A DNA stretch of 64,000 nt, from positions 1 through 64,000 of the forward strand of contig JANOQV010000230.1 of assembly GCA_031414955.1 (NCBI GenBank), in the 5' to 3' direction. Of this stretch, positions 38,407-48,974 are shown in pieces; position 1 is the first letter of the stretch; every line of letters begins with the position of its first letter. The notes below the pieces were generated by a model. That model searched no databases and was not told the origin of the DNA. It saw only the letters and a program-made list of their open reading frames with translations. This DNA is from Pedosphaera sp. Lineage in GTDB: Bacteria; Verrucomicrobiota; Verrucomicrobiia; Limisphaerales; SIBH01. The translations under genes and the position numbers were made by a program.

Positions 38407-41400
38407 CTACGGCAATATCACGCGGTAGAAGCGCGTGTTCGCAACGGGCGCGTTTGTGACCACCACGGTGCGGTTGCTCGGCGCGGCGCTGATGCTTTGC
38501 AGGTTCGTCCAGGCGCCGGCATCGGGCGTAGGCTGGTGCTGGAGGGTGTAGCTCTTGTTCGACACGGCATCGAAACGCAGGCGCGCGGCGTTCGCGGGCG
38601 TGAGGGAGACATTTAACCGGAGCACGCTGCCCGCCACCAGTGGGTTGGTGCCGGCGAGGTACTCCTGCAAGTTCGTCATCCCGTCGCCGTCATTGTCCAG
38701 GCCGGCATCGGCAGGGCTGAACTTGTTCAGGCTGTACAAATCCTCCCAAACATCGGGCATCCCGTCGCTGTCGGTATCAACGCTCCCGGCGCTGCCGGGC
38801 TGCGGCGTGGGCGCGGCGGCAACCCAGTTCGTGGGGTCGTTGCCGTAGCCGGTCTGGCTCACGCGTTGGAGCGAGAAGCCGAAGCCATCGGCGTTCGTCG
38901 CCCACGGCGTGGTGTCCGCGTAAATAATCTTCTCCACCAGAATGAACGGCACGAAGCCGGCGTCGTTGGCGGGCGGCAGTTGAGGCGCGTCCGGTCGTTG
39001 CAACTCCACGCCCTCGCTGCTGTTGTCCAGTTTACCGCTCCACGGGCCAAGAATGGTCAGGCTGTTAGTGATGCCGTAAGCCGCCTTGAAGGCTGCCAGT
39101 GAATTCGTATCGGCCACCGGATCAAATCCCACCACCAGCAGTGTCCCGGTGGCGCCGATGCTGGCACCCGCCGGGAAATCAAAATCCACGCCGCCGCGCA
39201 GCCGCCAGCGATTCGTCGGGTACGCCGGATCGAACAGGTTCACCGCGCTGGCCGTGGTGTTCTTCACTTCAACGAATTCATCCCGCGTGTTGTCATTCGT
39301 GCCGAGGTCCGGCGGGTGATACATGATCTCGTTCACCACGACCGGCCCCACTTTGGGATAGGCATTCGCCAGGCCGGTGCCGGTGCGGAACTGCGCCACG
39401 CTCACCGGATTATCCACCCCAAATGTCCGCGCGCTCATCGCCACGAAGTCGTGATCACCCACGCTGCGGCGGTAGCGCCCCATGGACACGCCGTTGGCCG
39501 CCGCGTCGAACTTCACCTGGGCGCGATAGCCAGTCAGCACACCGTTGGTCGCCTGGGACAGATAGACTTCATCGCCATGCGCCGAACTGAGGGAGAAGGC
39601 CGAGCCGGGCACCGAGATGTCGTTGAACTGGGTTTCATAGAACACGCGGAAGCCGCCGGACGGAATGGTGATGGCGTTGGTAATCTGGTAGCGGCGCAGG
39701 TTGTTTTTCGAGTCGCTCAAGAACCAGCCGGCGATGTTTACACTGGCGACATTCGTGTTCTGGATTTCAATCGCGTCCTCCAGCGGCGGGTCGGTATGCG
39801 CCAGCACTTCGCTGATGACGACGTTGTTCAGCGGCAGCCAGTTCAAGTCGCCCTGGCTCACGCTGATCGAAAAGCTAGCGATGTTCGCCGCGCCATCGGG
39901 CAGCCGGCCTTGCGACACACCCACGGTCTGCACGCCGAAGCTCACGGCGTCGAGCAGTGTGCCGCCGGGCTGCGACAGGCCGATGGCTTCGCCGCCGTTT
40001 GAGAGCTTGAAGTTGACGTGGTTTGCGCCGTTCTGCGGCGCGTTGTCCGCGTCGAACGTGCGGTAGGCATACGCGCCGATGCCGATGAAGGAGAGCTTCG
40101 GAATCAGATACAACATGCGCGTGGCCGGCGTGCCGAGCGTGTCCGAGAGCCAGTGATCGGCGAGGGCCACGGGGACGGGATTCCCGTTGAACAGCTCGAA
40201 CCAGTCCTCGCCCGAGGCGGGATTCGCCATCCACTCGTTGATCTTCACGAGCGAAACATCGCCGAGATTTTGCGAGAGATTGGTCGCGCCCGGCGTGGGC
40301 ACGGTCAGCGTCCAGTTCGTGCCGCCGGGCGCGCGGCCGATGGAAAAATCCACGGCCTGCAAACCAAACGTCACCGTGTCAAGCAGTCCGCCGGCGGGAG
40401 CAAACAGGTAGAGCGCGTCGCCCGTGTCCTTGAGTCCGAAGCCGGTGTTAGTCGCGGAGACAGGCGCGCTGGAGGAAAAGAACACGCGATGATAACCGCC
40501 CGCCGGCACCACCGAGCCGGGCGGAAACACCCAGCGACGCGGCAGGGCCACGTCGTCCGAGAGGCTGGAGTCGCCGAGGTCCACCGCGCTCACCGACGGG
40601 TTAAAGAACTCTACCCAGTCCGGCGTGGAACCGTCGGGTTCCTCGACGTTCGAGTTGTTGGCGAGGACTTCGTTGAGGCGGACGCCGGCAGAGGCAGCGC
40701 TGTTGGTCGTGACGTCGAGCCGGATGCCCATGAAAACATCCGCGCTGGTGGACGTGCCCTGATGCACTTCCACGGCAATCCAGTTGGTGCCGGCAAAAAC
40801 ATTCGTGAGGGGCAGCGTGAACGGGCCAAGTTCCAAGGGCGCGCCGGAATAATTTTGCGTGGCCAGTTGAGCATAGGTCACGGCACCGGCGGGCATGAAG
40901 TAGCGATAGGCTTCCTGCCCGTTCACATAGACGATCACTCCGTCGTCAATGTAGTGCGTGAGGAGCAGGCTCGAATAAGCGGACGGAGGCGTGAACCGGG
41001 TGCGAAAGTAAAACGTGTTGCGGTTGACGTTGGTGATGAGCGTCGTGCGAATCGGCTCGGCAATCGAACCGCTGTTCAGCCTGGCCAGCACGCCCTGCCC
41101 TGACTCCCAGGTCGAATCATCGTAGTTCGTCGTGTTCCAAACCACGCCATCCAGGTTGCTCGACTGGTTGAACTGCCAGACCGCGCTGTAAGGAAGCACG
41201 GCCACCGTGCCCGAGCCGCCGCCGCCCGCCGGGCAGAGATTGCCCGCACCCGGACTCGGCGCGGCGAGGAAGACAAAATTGTTCGCGCCATTCGGGCAGC
41301 GGCCCTGCGAGACGTTTGGCGTCTGCGGGCCGTAGCTTACCGAGTCAATGACCGCGAGCGACGGATCGAACAGCGCGATCTCGCCGAGGTCGCTCGACAG

Positions 41401-42819
41401 CGAGAAGTTCAAATGATCCGCGCCCGCGCCGGTGTTCTCATCTGCGATCATGGCCACGAATGAATTCGACTGGATGAAGGTGAGCGGCGGCACGGGATGG
41501 CGCGTGGGCCAGCCGATCAGTTCGTCAGTGAAAAAGCAGCCGCCGAAATCCACGGGCAGCGCGAGCGGGTTGTAGAGTTCCACGAAATCCTCGGCGAAGG
41601 GCGGCGTGCCGGCGGTGAGCCATTCGTTGATGCGCAGCGCGCCGCGGCTGCCGGTGGCGGCGGCGCTGTTCGCGCCAGGGAACGTGGGCGTGCAAAGTTT
41701 CCATTCGCCCGAACTGCCGAAGCGGCCCACGGACAAATCCGCGAGTTGCAAACCAAACACCACTGAGTCGAGCAACGCGCCGTTCGTGGCAAAGAGATAC
41801 ACGCCCTCGCCGCTCGCGCTCAGGCTGAAGCCGGTATGCAGCCCGCCGCTGCCGTCCTCGTTGTTCGCAAAGACGTGCAGGTAGCCGCCCGCTGCGAGCG
41901 TGGTGTTCGTGGGGAACGTGAACTTGTTCGGGATCAACGGGTCGTCCGTGAGCCGCAGTCCGCCGATGTTCACCGGCGAGCCGCCTTCGTTGAACAGTTC
42001 AATCACGTCGGGAAAAGTTCCGGCGTGATTCAGCGCGCTAACGTTCTGCGCCAGGACTTCGTTCAGGCGCACGGCCGGCGTTGCCGTGCTCACGATCCAC
42101 GCGGCGGTAACCGTCGGCGAGTTCGTGCTCTGCCATGCGCCCGCCGCGCTCTTGCCGATCACAGACACCGTGTTCGTACTGTTATTCGCCAGGCTCGCGA
42201 GGGAAATAGCCGTGGCCACGGCGGTCTCCGCGCCATACGCGCCGTTGTTCAGTTTGAAGCGGTAGCTCACCACGTTCGACCCGCCGACGGTGAGCGTCGC
42301 GGTCGTGAACGGCGTGGGCGAGCGCGGCGTGCCGGTGACCGTCGCGGTGGGCGGCGGCGGATTTCCGGCGAAGTAGGTGTTGAGCAGGCCCTGCACGGTG
42401 CTGCGCCGCGTGTCCATCCATGTCCTCATCGTGTTGATGGTGCCGACGGGCATGTAGAAGCCGAGCGTCTGGGTGATGAGCGCGTCGTAGTTTGTCTTGG
42501 CAAACGTGGTGTCCAGCAGGCGCTGCAAAGTTTGGTAATACAACGGCTCAAACTCCGGCCAGTGCATGAAGTTGTTCATGGCCGTGCCCGATCCGGCCCC
42601 CGGCACCAGCGTGGCCGTGAAAAGGTTCGCGGAATTGGCGGCCATCGATCCGCCCTGTGACATCACGGTGTCGAGATCGTGATACACCAGATTGAAGCGC
42701 GGATCGTTGACGCCGCGATACATGAAGTAATCGTCGTTGTAGCCGGAGTTCAAACCCGTCTCGTTGTTGCCCATCAGGTTCATGACCGCGAGGTGCGTGA
42801 GCCACTGCTCGATGTTCAC
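38407..42819 (-). CDS. C-terminal part of a split CotH-kinase / lamin-tail-domain secreted protein: several LTDs, a galactose-binding-like module, DxDxDG Ca-binding repeats and an RFYRV tail
   Basis: Repeated V.lNE....N...D..E.fN LTD motifs; CotH tail LVYHDLD; DTDSDGMPD.WE...TNLQEYLAGTNP. In frame with 42862-44550 across one TAA. Confidence 0.8.
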   Translation of the reverse strand: MNIEQWLTHLAVMNLMGNNETGLNSGYNDDYFMYRGVNDPRFNLVYHDLDTVMSQGGSMAANSANLFTATLVPGAGSGTAMNNFMHWPEFEPLYYQTLQRLLDTTFAKTNYDALITQTLGFYMPVGTINTMRTWMDTRRSTVQGLLNTYFAGNPPPPTATVTGTPRSPTPFTTATLTVGGSNVVSYRFKLNNGAYGAETAVATAISLASLANNSTNTVSVIGKSAAGAWQSTNSPTVTAAWIVSTATPAVRLNEVLAQNVSALNHAGTFPDVIELFNEGGSPVNIGGLRLTDDPLIPNKFTFPTNTTLAAGGYLHVFANNEDGSGGLHTGFSLSASGEGVYLFATNGALLDSVVFGLQLADLSVGRFGSSGEWKLCTPTFPGANSAAATGSRGALRINEWLTAGTPPFAEDFVELYNPLALPVDFGGCFFTDELIGWPTRHPVPPLTFIQSNSFVAMIADENTGAGADHLNFSLSSDLGEIALFDPSLAVIDSVSYGPQTPNVSQGRCPNGANNFVFLAAPSPGAGNLCPAGGGGSGTVAVLPYSAVWQFNQSSNLDGVVWNTTNYDDSTWESGQGVLARLNSGSIAEPIRTTLITNVNRNTFYFRTRFTPPSAYSSLLLTHYIDDGVIVYVNGQEAYRYFMPAGAVTYAQLATQNYSGAPLELGPFTLPLTNVFAGTNWIAVEVHQGTSTSADVFMGIRLDVTTNSAASAGVRLNEVLANNSNVEEPDGSTPDWVEFFNPSVSAVDLGDSSLSDDVALPRRWVFPPGSVVPAGGYHRVFFSSSAPVSATNTGFGLKDTGDALYLFAPAGGLLDTVTFGLQAVDFSIGRAPGGTNWTLTVPTPGATNLSQNLGDVSLVKINEWMANPASGEDWFELFNGNPVPVALADHWLSDTLGTPATRMLYLIPKLSFIGIGAYAYRTFDADNAPQNGANHVNFKLSNGGEAIGLSQPGGTLLDAVSFGVQTVGVSQGRLPDGAANIASFSISVSQGDLNWLPLNNVVISEVLAHTDPPLEDAIEIQNTNVASVNIAGWFLSDSKNNLRRYQITNAITIPSGGFRVFYETQFNDISVPGSAFSLSSAHGDEVYLSQATNGVLTGYRAQVKFDAAANGVSMGRYRRSVGDHDFVAMSARTFGVDNPVSVAQFRTGTGLANAYPKVGPVVVNEIMYHPPDLGTNDNTRDEFVEVKNTTASAVNLFDPAYPTNRWRLRGGVDFDFPAGASIGATGTLLVVGFDPVADTNSLAAFKAAYGITNSLTILGPWSGKLDNSSEGVELQRPDAPQLPPANDAGFVPFILVEKIIYADTTPWATNADGFGFSLQRVSQTGYGNDPTNWVAAAPTPQPGSAGSVDTDSDGMPDVWEDLYSLNKFSPADAGLDNDGDGMTNLQEYLAGTNPLVAGSVLRLNVSLTPANAARLRFDAVSNKSYTLQHQPTPDAGAWTNLQSISAAPSNRTVVVTNAPVANTRFYRVILP

Positions 42820-42861
42820 AGCGGCGCGCGCGCGCGCGCTGGGGAACAGGCCGGGCTGGTT

Positions 42862-44550
42862 TTAGCCCATCACATCGAGCATCGCGATCATGTCAGCCCA
42901 GTCGTTCTCGCTCGCGTTCGATTCCTTGAAGTAGGTGTTCTGATACGAACTCGGCGTGGTGCCGCGATAATCAAAATTCGGAGGCGTGATGTTCCGCTGC
43001 ACCTTGTAAGCGTTGCCGCCGCTGTCGTTCGGGAAATGGTTTTCCGCCCAGTCGCCGCCAATGTCCTCGTTGGCGGCGTAGTGGTTGTTCGCCGGCGTGC
43101 CGCCCGGCCCCGCGCCACCGTTCACACGCAACTGCGCCGCGAACGAATCCGATCCGACCGCGCCGGATTTTAGCGCGAGAATCGAGCCAAAATGCTGCGC
43201 CCACGGGTTGATCGCGTTCATGTTGATGCTGGGCCGGCCCCGCCAGGGCTGGTCGGAAGTAAAACCGATCCGGTAGTTGTGCGTGGACGAACTGCGGCTG
43301 CCGTTGCCGCGGTTCCGCACGGTGCAGAGGTAGCGCACCTCGACGCCCTGCGCCGTCACCCCGATGAAGGTGAGGTTGAACGCCGCATCGCTCTGCGGCG
43401 AACTGCTGAACATGGTGGCGAGTTCTGTGTACTCCGACGGGGTGAGAATAATTTTGTGGAGCGGCGCGACGCCGGTGTAAGCCGTGTTGTCCACCTGGTA
43501 GAGCGCGTTCACGCTGAAACTGTTCCGATCCATCACGGTCACACCGTCGGTGTTCACGGCGGGGCGCGGCCAGGTGTTGGTCTGGTTCGAGTCGTCCACG
43601 GCTTCGACGTAAAATTCCACGATGGCCTGGTTCGCCTGCGGCGGAATGCTCGCGGCCCACAGGCCGTCGCCTGCCGCGCCGTCGCTGTGCCCGCCGTCGT
43701 CAAACATCGTCGCGCTGGTGAAGGCGGGCGGAGCGCCGTTGTTCACGCGCCAGAACAGCCGCACGGCATAGACGGGCGTCTCGTCAATGACGCGCGCGGA
43801 AATCACCACCGTGTTCGTGGACTGCGGAATAAGCGGCGCGTGCCCGACATCCACGACGAGCGCGGGAGCATCGCCCGAGGCCACGGAGTTGCCCACGCCG
43901 GGCGTGCCGTTGACCGTGGTGCTGGCGGCCCAGTTCTGGCCGCGATCATTCGGCAACGCCGCGTTGACCAGTTCGAGCGAGCGACCCAGACCGTCGGCGC
44001 GCGCGAGCCACGTCCAGCCCTGGCAGCAACCATCGACTAAGCCGCGCTGGCGGATGGCCCAGTCGCCTTCGTCGGCGTAGGTGAGATCATCAATGGTGTT
44101 CCCCGCCGCGTCCTCAAGCGTGAGACGGTCACGGCCGTTGCTCAGGGAGTTCTCAAAATTCGTGTAGGTGCCGGAGGCGACGTTGGTGGTGCGGACGGTG
44201 AGGAAGCCAGCGACGAAGTTTGTCACGCCCGGATACTTGGTGGTGAAGCTGTTCGAGTGGGCCGCCACCACAAGATAACCCGCGGTTTTGATGACGGCAT
44301 TGCTCGGAAACGTGAAGGCGATGCCCTTCGTAAAGCGCCAGCCGCCGAGGTTCACGTTCGTCGGCCCGGCGTTGTACATCTCCAGATACTCCTCGCGCGA
44401 ATTCTCGGACGAGGGGTGGAACATGATCTCGTTAATCAGGATGTTCTGAGCGCGCGCGGGCAGCAGCAGTGCCGCCAGCAGCGCGAGCAGCGCCAGGAGC
44501 CAATTCGCCGGCTTAAAGCTGAGATCAGTGCGGAAAGAGTCTGTTGCCAT
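42862..44550 (-). CDS. N-terminal part of the same CotH/lamin-tail protein (signal peptide, LTD, Ig-like domain, first half of CotH kinase), ending at an in-frame TAA
   Basis: Signal peptide; ILINEIMFHP LTD; VRNRGNGSR, Y...EDI and GNAYK CotH-like motifs. Confidence 0.8.
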   Translation of the reverse strand: MATDSFRTDLSFKPANWLLALLALLAALLLPARAQNILINEIMFHPSSENSREEYLEMYNAGPTNVNLGGWRFTKGIAFTFPSNAVIKTAGYLVVAAHSNSFTTKYPGVTNFVAGFLTVRTTNVASGTYTNFENSLSNGRDRLTLEDAAGNTIDDLTYADEGDWAIRQRGLVDGCCQGWTWLARADGLGRSLELVNAALPNDRGQNWAASTTVNGTPGVGNSVASGDAPALVVDVGHAPLIPQSTNTVVISARVIDETPVYAVRLFWRVNNGAPPAFTSATMFDDGGHSDGAAGDGLWAASIPPQANQAIVEFYVEAVDDSNQTNTWPRPAVNTDGVTVMDRNSFSVNALYQVDNTAYTGVAPLHKIILTPSEYTELATMFSSSPQSDAAFNLTFIGVTAQGVEVRYLCTVRNRGNGSRSSSTHNYRIGFTSDQPWRGRPSINMNAINPWAQHFGSILALKSGAVGSDSFAAQLRVNGGAGPGGTPANNHYAANEDIGGDWAENHFPNDSGGNAYKVQRNITPPNFDYRGTTPSSYQNTYFKESNASENDWADMIAMLDVMG

Positions 44551-44646
44551 AGGCTGTCAGGGTTTTGTTTCTGGACTGTCGCTCAACTGTAACCATTTGT
44601 CGAAGCGGCTCCGGGAGCGGGAGCCGCCTCGACGAGGAAACCAAGT

Positions 44647-47600
44647 TCAGGGCGCGATGGGCGTGACGACCTGATAGAACCGGAAGGGAAGTCCCGGGGT
44701 GTTGGTCACGTTGATCACCCGGTTGAAAACCGGTTCCAACGACACATCCTGCAACCGCAGCCACGATCCAGTGCTGAGAGAGTTGCGATACTGCACCGTG
44801 TAGCTCTTGTTCGAGATGGCCTGAAAGCTGAAGGTGTATTCACCGGCCGCCGATCCAAACGAGAAGAGCGCGAGCTTGCTGCCAAAGGATTGAGGGTCAG
44901 TCCCGGCGAGATACTCCTGGAGGTTGGTCAGACCGTCGTTGTCATCATCGTCGCCCGCGTCGTTCACGAGCTTGTCCGTGCCATTCGCATCTTCCCAACT
45001 GTCCGGCATCCCGTCGCCGTCGGTGTCCGTGACCACGGGACTCACCACGGTCCAGGCATCGGAAACGGTGGCGCTGTTGGTGCCCTGCCAGAAGCCGGCG
45101 GAATTCTTGCCGATGACCGACACGGTGTAGGTGCCGTTGGAAAGGCCGGACAGGGAGATGGGCACGGCGTTGGAGAACAAAGTGGCGGTAATGAGGAAGT
45201 CATTCGTCAGCGAAACTTCCCCGCTCCACGGGCCGTTGTTCAACTTCCACTTGTAGGCATACATGCCGGGACCGGCGACCTTGAGCATGGCCGAAGTGCT
45301 GGTCGTGATGGAGGGCGGCTCGCCCGAGATGGAAGCGCCACCGGGCACGAGCGCGCCACGATCCAGTCCGTTGGGGCCGGTGCCGATGGCGGGCGAACCC
45401 GGCAGCAAGGCGAGATTGCTCTTGATGTTCAAGTGCGTAATCCCGGTCTGCCAGTTGACGAACATCGGATTGTTGGTCGAGTTGCCGCCGAAGGTCATGT
45501 TCGTGCCCTGGATGATGTTGTCGTTCGCGGTCATGAACATGGTGCCGTTGGTGAAGACGATGAAGGGCGTGGTGCTGTGCAAGTCCCAGAGAATGTTGCC
45601 GTTCATGACGATGCCGCGCCCGCCGGGCACGCCGCGATGCGGCTCGCCGAACTGCACGTAAGCCGCGCGCGTGGCCGAGAACTGGTTGGTCTCGATGGTC
45701 ACGACCGTGTTGTTCTCAAAGACCGCCGAACCCATGTCCTTCAACAGCATGGCGTGATCGCAGTTGTAGAAAATGTTGCGCACCACCACGAGTTCCGATG
45801 TGCCGCTGCCCTCCCCGGTGGAGACGGCGTTGGCCGTGCTGGAGCGCACCGCGTCCTGATGCACGTTCAGGAAGATGTTGCCCTCGATGTGCGCGTCGGT
45901 GGAATCCAAATCCATGCAGTCGTCCACGGCGGCCAGAAACACATTGTCGATGAACTGCACGATGGCGCCGGGACGGTTGCCACCGGTGAAATCAACACTG
46001 TCGCTATAGCCGGTCGGTGCTCCGAAAATGTTGCCCTTGATCAGAGCGTAACCGTTCGCCGGCATGCTGCTGAAGTGGACCGGTTCGATGGTCTCCCCGC
46101 CAGGCACGTAGGAGTCGAGCAGCGTCAACGAACTGCCCACGCAGTCAACCAACTGATCCACGGTGTTGGTCCACCAGAGGCTCCGCAGGTAAGCCGCCGT
46201 GTTATCGATGTCGATGTTCTTGCCCAAAATGCTGTCGAGGTCCGCGTAAGCAATGCGATGCGTGGAGCCGCCGCCCGTAAGGTTGATGCCGCCCCAACTC
46301 GTGGCACCGGTATTCAGACCGAAAAGCATGCGGCACTCCGGCGTGCCCTCGGCGAGGAGCAGACCATTGACCGTGAGGGAGAAGCCTTGGTTGAACAGCA
46401 CCTGCGCGCACGGCTCGATGGTGAGAGTGGTTCCGACCGTCACGGTGACGGAACTGGTCACAATGATGGTGGTGCCCGCCGCCCAGATCGTGTTCACGGA
46501 AATCTGGCCGCCGACATAGATGACCGGAGCCTGACGCTGGCCGCTGGCCATGTTGGAGACGCGCGACAGCGCCACGTAGTTGGTGTGCTGCACGCGGTAA
46601 TAATACTTCTGCCCAGGGATGGCCGACTCATCGACGTGATTGGTCGCCTCGGCCGGAAGCTGGGCGATGACCGCCCAGTTCACCGCGTCGGTGGAGCGAT
46701 GCACCAGCACACCCTCTTCGTTCTGCGAATCGTCCGTCCACTTCACGACCGGCGCGTTGGTGCCGGAGGAAATCACGGCCACGGCCAAGGGCGGCATCGG
46801 GATGCCGCCGAGCGGATAGGTGATGCCCATCTTCGCGCCGTCGCGTCCGCCGGTCAGCGCGGGCGAACCGGCTTGCAGGCGGTAATCACGCGCCGCCGGA
46901 TTCACGAAGAGCGGATCAACATTGATGTTGCCGTCGCCCGGCCAGTTGGTGTTTCCGAAGATGTTGTAGTCGGCGAACAACTGGCTGCCGTTGGCCAGGC
47001 CGATGGCCGCGATATTGTTCCACACGATGTTGTTGTAGGAATTGGTGGTGATGCCGCCGCCGGTCGGCGAGGCCGGATTGACCTTGTTGTAGTTGGTCAA
47101 GCCGGAGTCGTTCCCGACAATGGTGCAGTTGCGCACGCTCACATCGCAGAGCGACTTGGACATCACTCCGGCGTTGCAGGCGTAGATCAAACAGTTGCTC
47201 ACGATAATGCCGTGGGAAGAGCCGCCGTCGCCCACGGACACACCCTTGTCGAACGGAAAATCCCACATGATGCAGTTCTCGATGCGCGTGTCGGTGGAGC
47301 CGGGAAGGACGCCGGGGCCAATGTCCACGGCGTCAGCATTGCCGCGGTTGCCGTGGCGATAGGTGCAGTTGCGCGTGTATGATCCGGGCTGCGCGGCATC
47401 GAAATCCAGCGCGTCGCCTTCCAGCAGTTCGAACATGGATTGTTCGACCTGGATGACGCCGTCCCGCACCAGACATTCCCAATAGGAATAAATATGGGCG
47501 CGACGCACCTCGAAGAGGCTGGCGAAGCTGGACATCATGATGGGCCGGCCGGTCGTACCCGCGCCCGCGCCGGGATCAAAGTCATGAATCGCGGTGTCCT

Positions 47601-48870
47601 CGATCAACCCATAAGCCCCGGTGGTGGCGTTCACCTGCGTGCGGGCGATGTCGGCGAAATGAAGTTCCAAGGTGGAGTTCGTGCCCGTGGCCGAGAGCGG
47701 CCCCCAGGTGCCGCTCGAAGTCACGTCGATGGTGAAAAAGACATTCTGCTCGAACGTCCCGTGGGCATAAATCCGCCCGCCGCTCTGCGTCACGATCGAC
47801 GCACCCGGATTCACCAACACCACCGCCCCATTGGCCACCTCCAGAGTCACGTTCGTGGGCACGATCACACTGCCGGTCACATGCAGGATGGTACCCGGAT
47901 TCGAGGCCAGCACGCTGGCCCCCAACGTCCCGCTGATGGTGGTCCGTGAGGTCTCGCGAATGATGTTCTGAATACGGTTGGAAAGAAGGTTGCCTGCGGA
48001 ATCCAGGGCCGCGATGAAAAAGCGGCTGTAGCCCGGAGCCAGCGCCACGGTGTTGGTCCAGGTTCCGGTGGCCGGATTGAAACTGGATTCATTCCCATTG
48101 ATCGTCACCCGCGTCGCCCCGGCGATGGTGTTCGAGCCCGAGAGAGTGACCGAGCTGTCCGTGGTGAGCGCATAAATCCCGTTGTTGGGAATGGCCGCTC
48201 CATTCGTCGGCGCGCTCACGGAGAGATCCGGCACCAGGATTAAATCAGAACTATTCAACGTGCCGTTCAATCCCAGGATGGCCAGCGTATGGTCACCAAG
48301 ATCCAGTCGTGAACCGATGGCGCCAAGATCCCACGTCACCGCCGGCAGGCCGCTGGAGCCGAGGGAGGATTCGTGATTGGCGGTCGCCAGCGCCGTGTTG
48401 GTCGGTTCATTGCCCGCCGCGCCGGGCGCATTCGTGCGGCAAAGTTCCACGCCATCGAGATAAGCCACGAAACCGTCGTCCCAATCCATCCGCAGCAACA
48501 AGTGCAGATTCGTATCGAAGCTGCTGTCGACCGTGAACACATGGCGCATATAGAGCGTGCGATACGAGTTCTGCATGTCATTCAGGATCGTCTTGCAGTT
48601 ATTCGTCTCCGCCGCCGTGTCGGCGGAATAACCAATGCCGCCCGGCCCGGTCAGCCATTGCCCGCCCAGCGACGCATCGGAGCTAGTTTGCCAGCCGAGG
48701 ACCGGCGCATTAGTCCCCTTGTGATAACGCCACACATCACCTCGGTTCACCACGGGAGTGGGCGCGGTCGGCGGTGTCCCCACCTGAACGGTGAGATGCT
48801 GGCCGTGGGCCGAGATCAATCCAAGAACGCCGGCCAAAGCCGGCAACGTCAGACGTGCGATTCGAAACAT
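44647..48870 (-). CDS. Large secreted protein with two right-handed parallel beta-helix regions, an Fn3-like domain, a galactose-binding-like module, DxDxDG repeats and an RFYQV tail
   Basis: Signal peptide at MFRIARL; GDALDFD, DAVDIG, DKGVSVGD and DDCMDLD beta-helix motifs; WTDDSQNEEG..V.RS Fn3; DPLFVN...DYRLQAGSPA. The ORF-track start (49008) lies in the tRNA-like repeat. Confidence 0.85.
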   Translation of the reverse strand: MFRIARLTLPALAGVLGLISAHGQHLTVQVGTPPTAPTPVVNRGDVWRYHKGTNAPVLGWQTSSDASLGGQWLTGPGGIGYSADTAAETNNCKTILNDMQNSYRTLYMRHVFTVDSSFDTNLHLLLRMDWDDGFVAYLDGVELCRTNAPGAAGNEPTNTALATANHESSLGSSGLPAVTWDLGAIGSRLDLGDHTLAILGLNGTLNSSDLILVPDLSVSAPTNGAAIPNNGIYALTTDSSVTLSGSNTIAGATRVTINGNESSFNPATGTWTNTVALAPGYSRFFIAALDSAGNLLSNRIQNIIRETSRTTISGTLGASVLASNPGTILHVTGSVIVPTNVTLEVANGAVVLVNPGASIVTQSGGRIYAHGTFEQNVFFTIDVTSSGTWGPLSATGTNSTLELHFADIARTQVNATTGAYGLIEDTAIHDFDPGAGAGTTGRPIMMSSFASLFEVRRAHIYSYWECLVRDGVIQVEQSMFELLEGDALDFDAAQPGSYTRNCTYRHGNRGNADAVDIGPGVLPGSTDTRIENCIMWDFPFDKGVSVGDGGSSHGIIVSNCLIYACNAGVMSKSLCDVSVRNCTIVGNDSGLTNYNKVNPASPTGGGITTNSYNNIVWNNIAAIGLANGSQLFADYNIFGNTNWPGDGNINVDPLFVNPAARDYRLQAGSPALTGGRDGAKMGITYPLGGIPMPPLAVAVISSGTNAPVVKWTDDSQNEEGVLVHRSTDAVNWAVIAQLPAEATNHVDESAIPGQKYYYRVQHTNYVALSRVSNMASGQRQAPVIYVGGQISVNTIWAAGTTIIVTSSVTVTVGTTLTIEPCAQVLFNQGFSLTVNGLLLAEGTPECRMLFGLNTGATSWGGINLTGGGSTHRIAYADLDSILGKNIDIDNTAAYLRSLWWTNTVDQLVDCVGSSLTLLDSYVPGGETIEPVHFSSMPANGYALIKGNIFGAPTGYSDSVDFTGGNRPGAIVQFIDNVFLAAVDDCMDLDSTDAHIEGNIFLNVHQDAVRSSTANAVSTGEGSGTSELVVVRNIFYNCDHAMLLKDMGSAVFENNTVVTIETNQFSATRAAYVQFGEPHRGVPGGRGIVMNGNILWDLHSTTPFIVFTNGTMFMTANDNIIQGTNMTFGGNSTNNPMFVNWQTGITHLNIKSNLALLPGSPAIGTGPNGLDRGALVPGGASISGEPPSITTSTSAMLKVAGPGMYAYKWKLNNGPWSGEVSLTNDFLITATLFSNAVPISLSGLSNGTYTVSVIGKNSAGFWQGTNSATVSDAWTVVSPVVTDTDGDGMPDSWEDANGTDKLVNDAGDDDDNDGLTNLQEYLAGTDPQSFGSKLALFSFGSAAGEYTFSFQAISNKSYTVQYRNSLSTGSWLRLQDVSLEPVFNRVINVTNTPGLPFRFYQVVTPIAP

Positions 48871-48974
48871 AGAATGGCGGATTGTGGCACAACTCACGAG
48901 CACTGACAATCGCGCATCCACGAATGAATGAACTGTCACACGGCGGAAGCTGGCGGAGGTCCGGCGCAAGAAAA

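Noticed and set aside
42862..42864. Stop-codon reassignment or programmed readthrough of TAA
   Set aside because: TAA is an ordinary stop elsewhere in the window (163-165, 3205-3207, 21928-21930), and no recoding signal was recognised.
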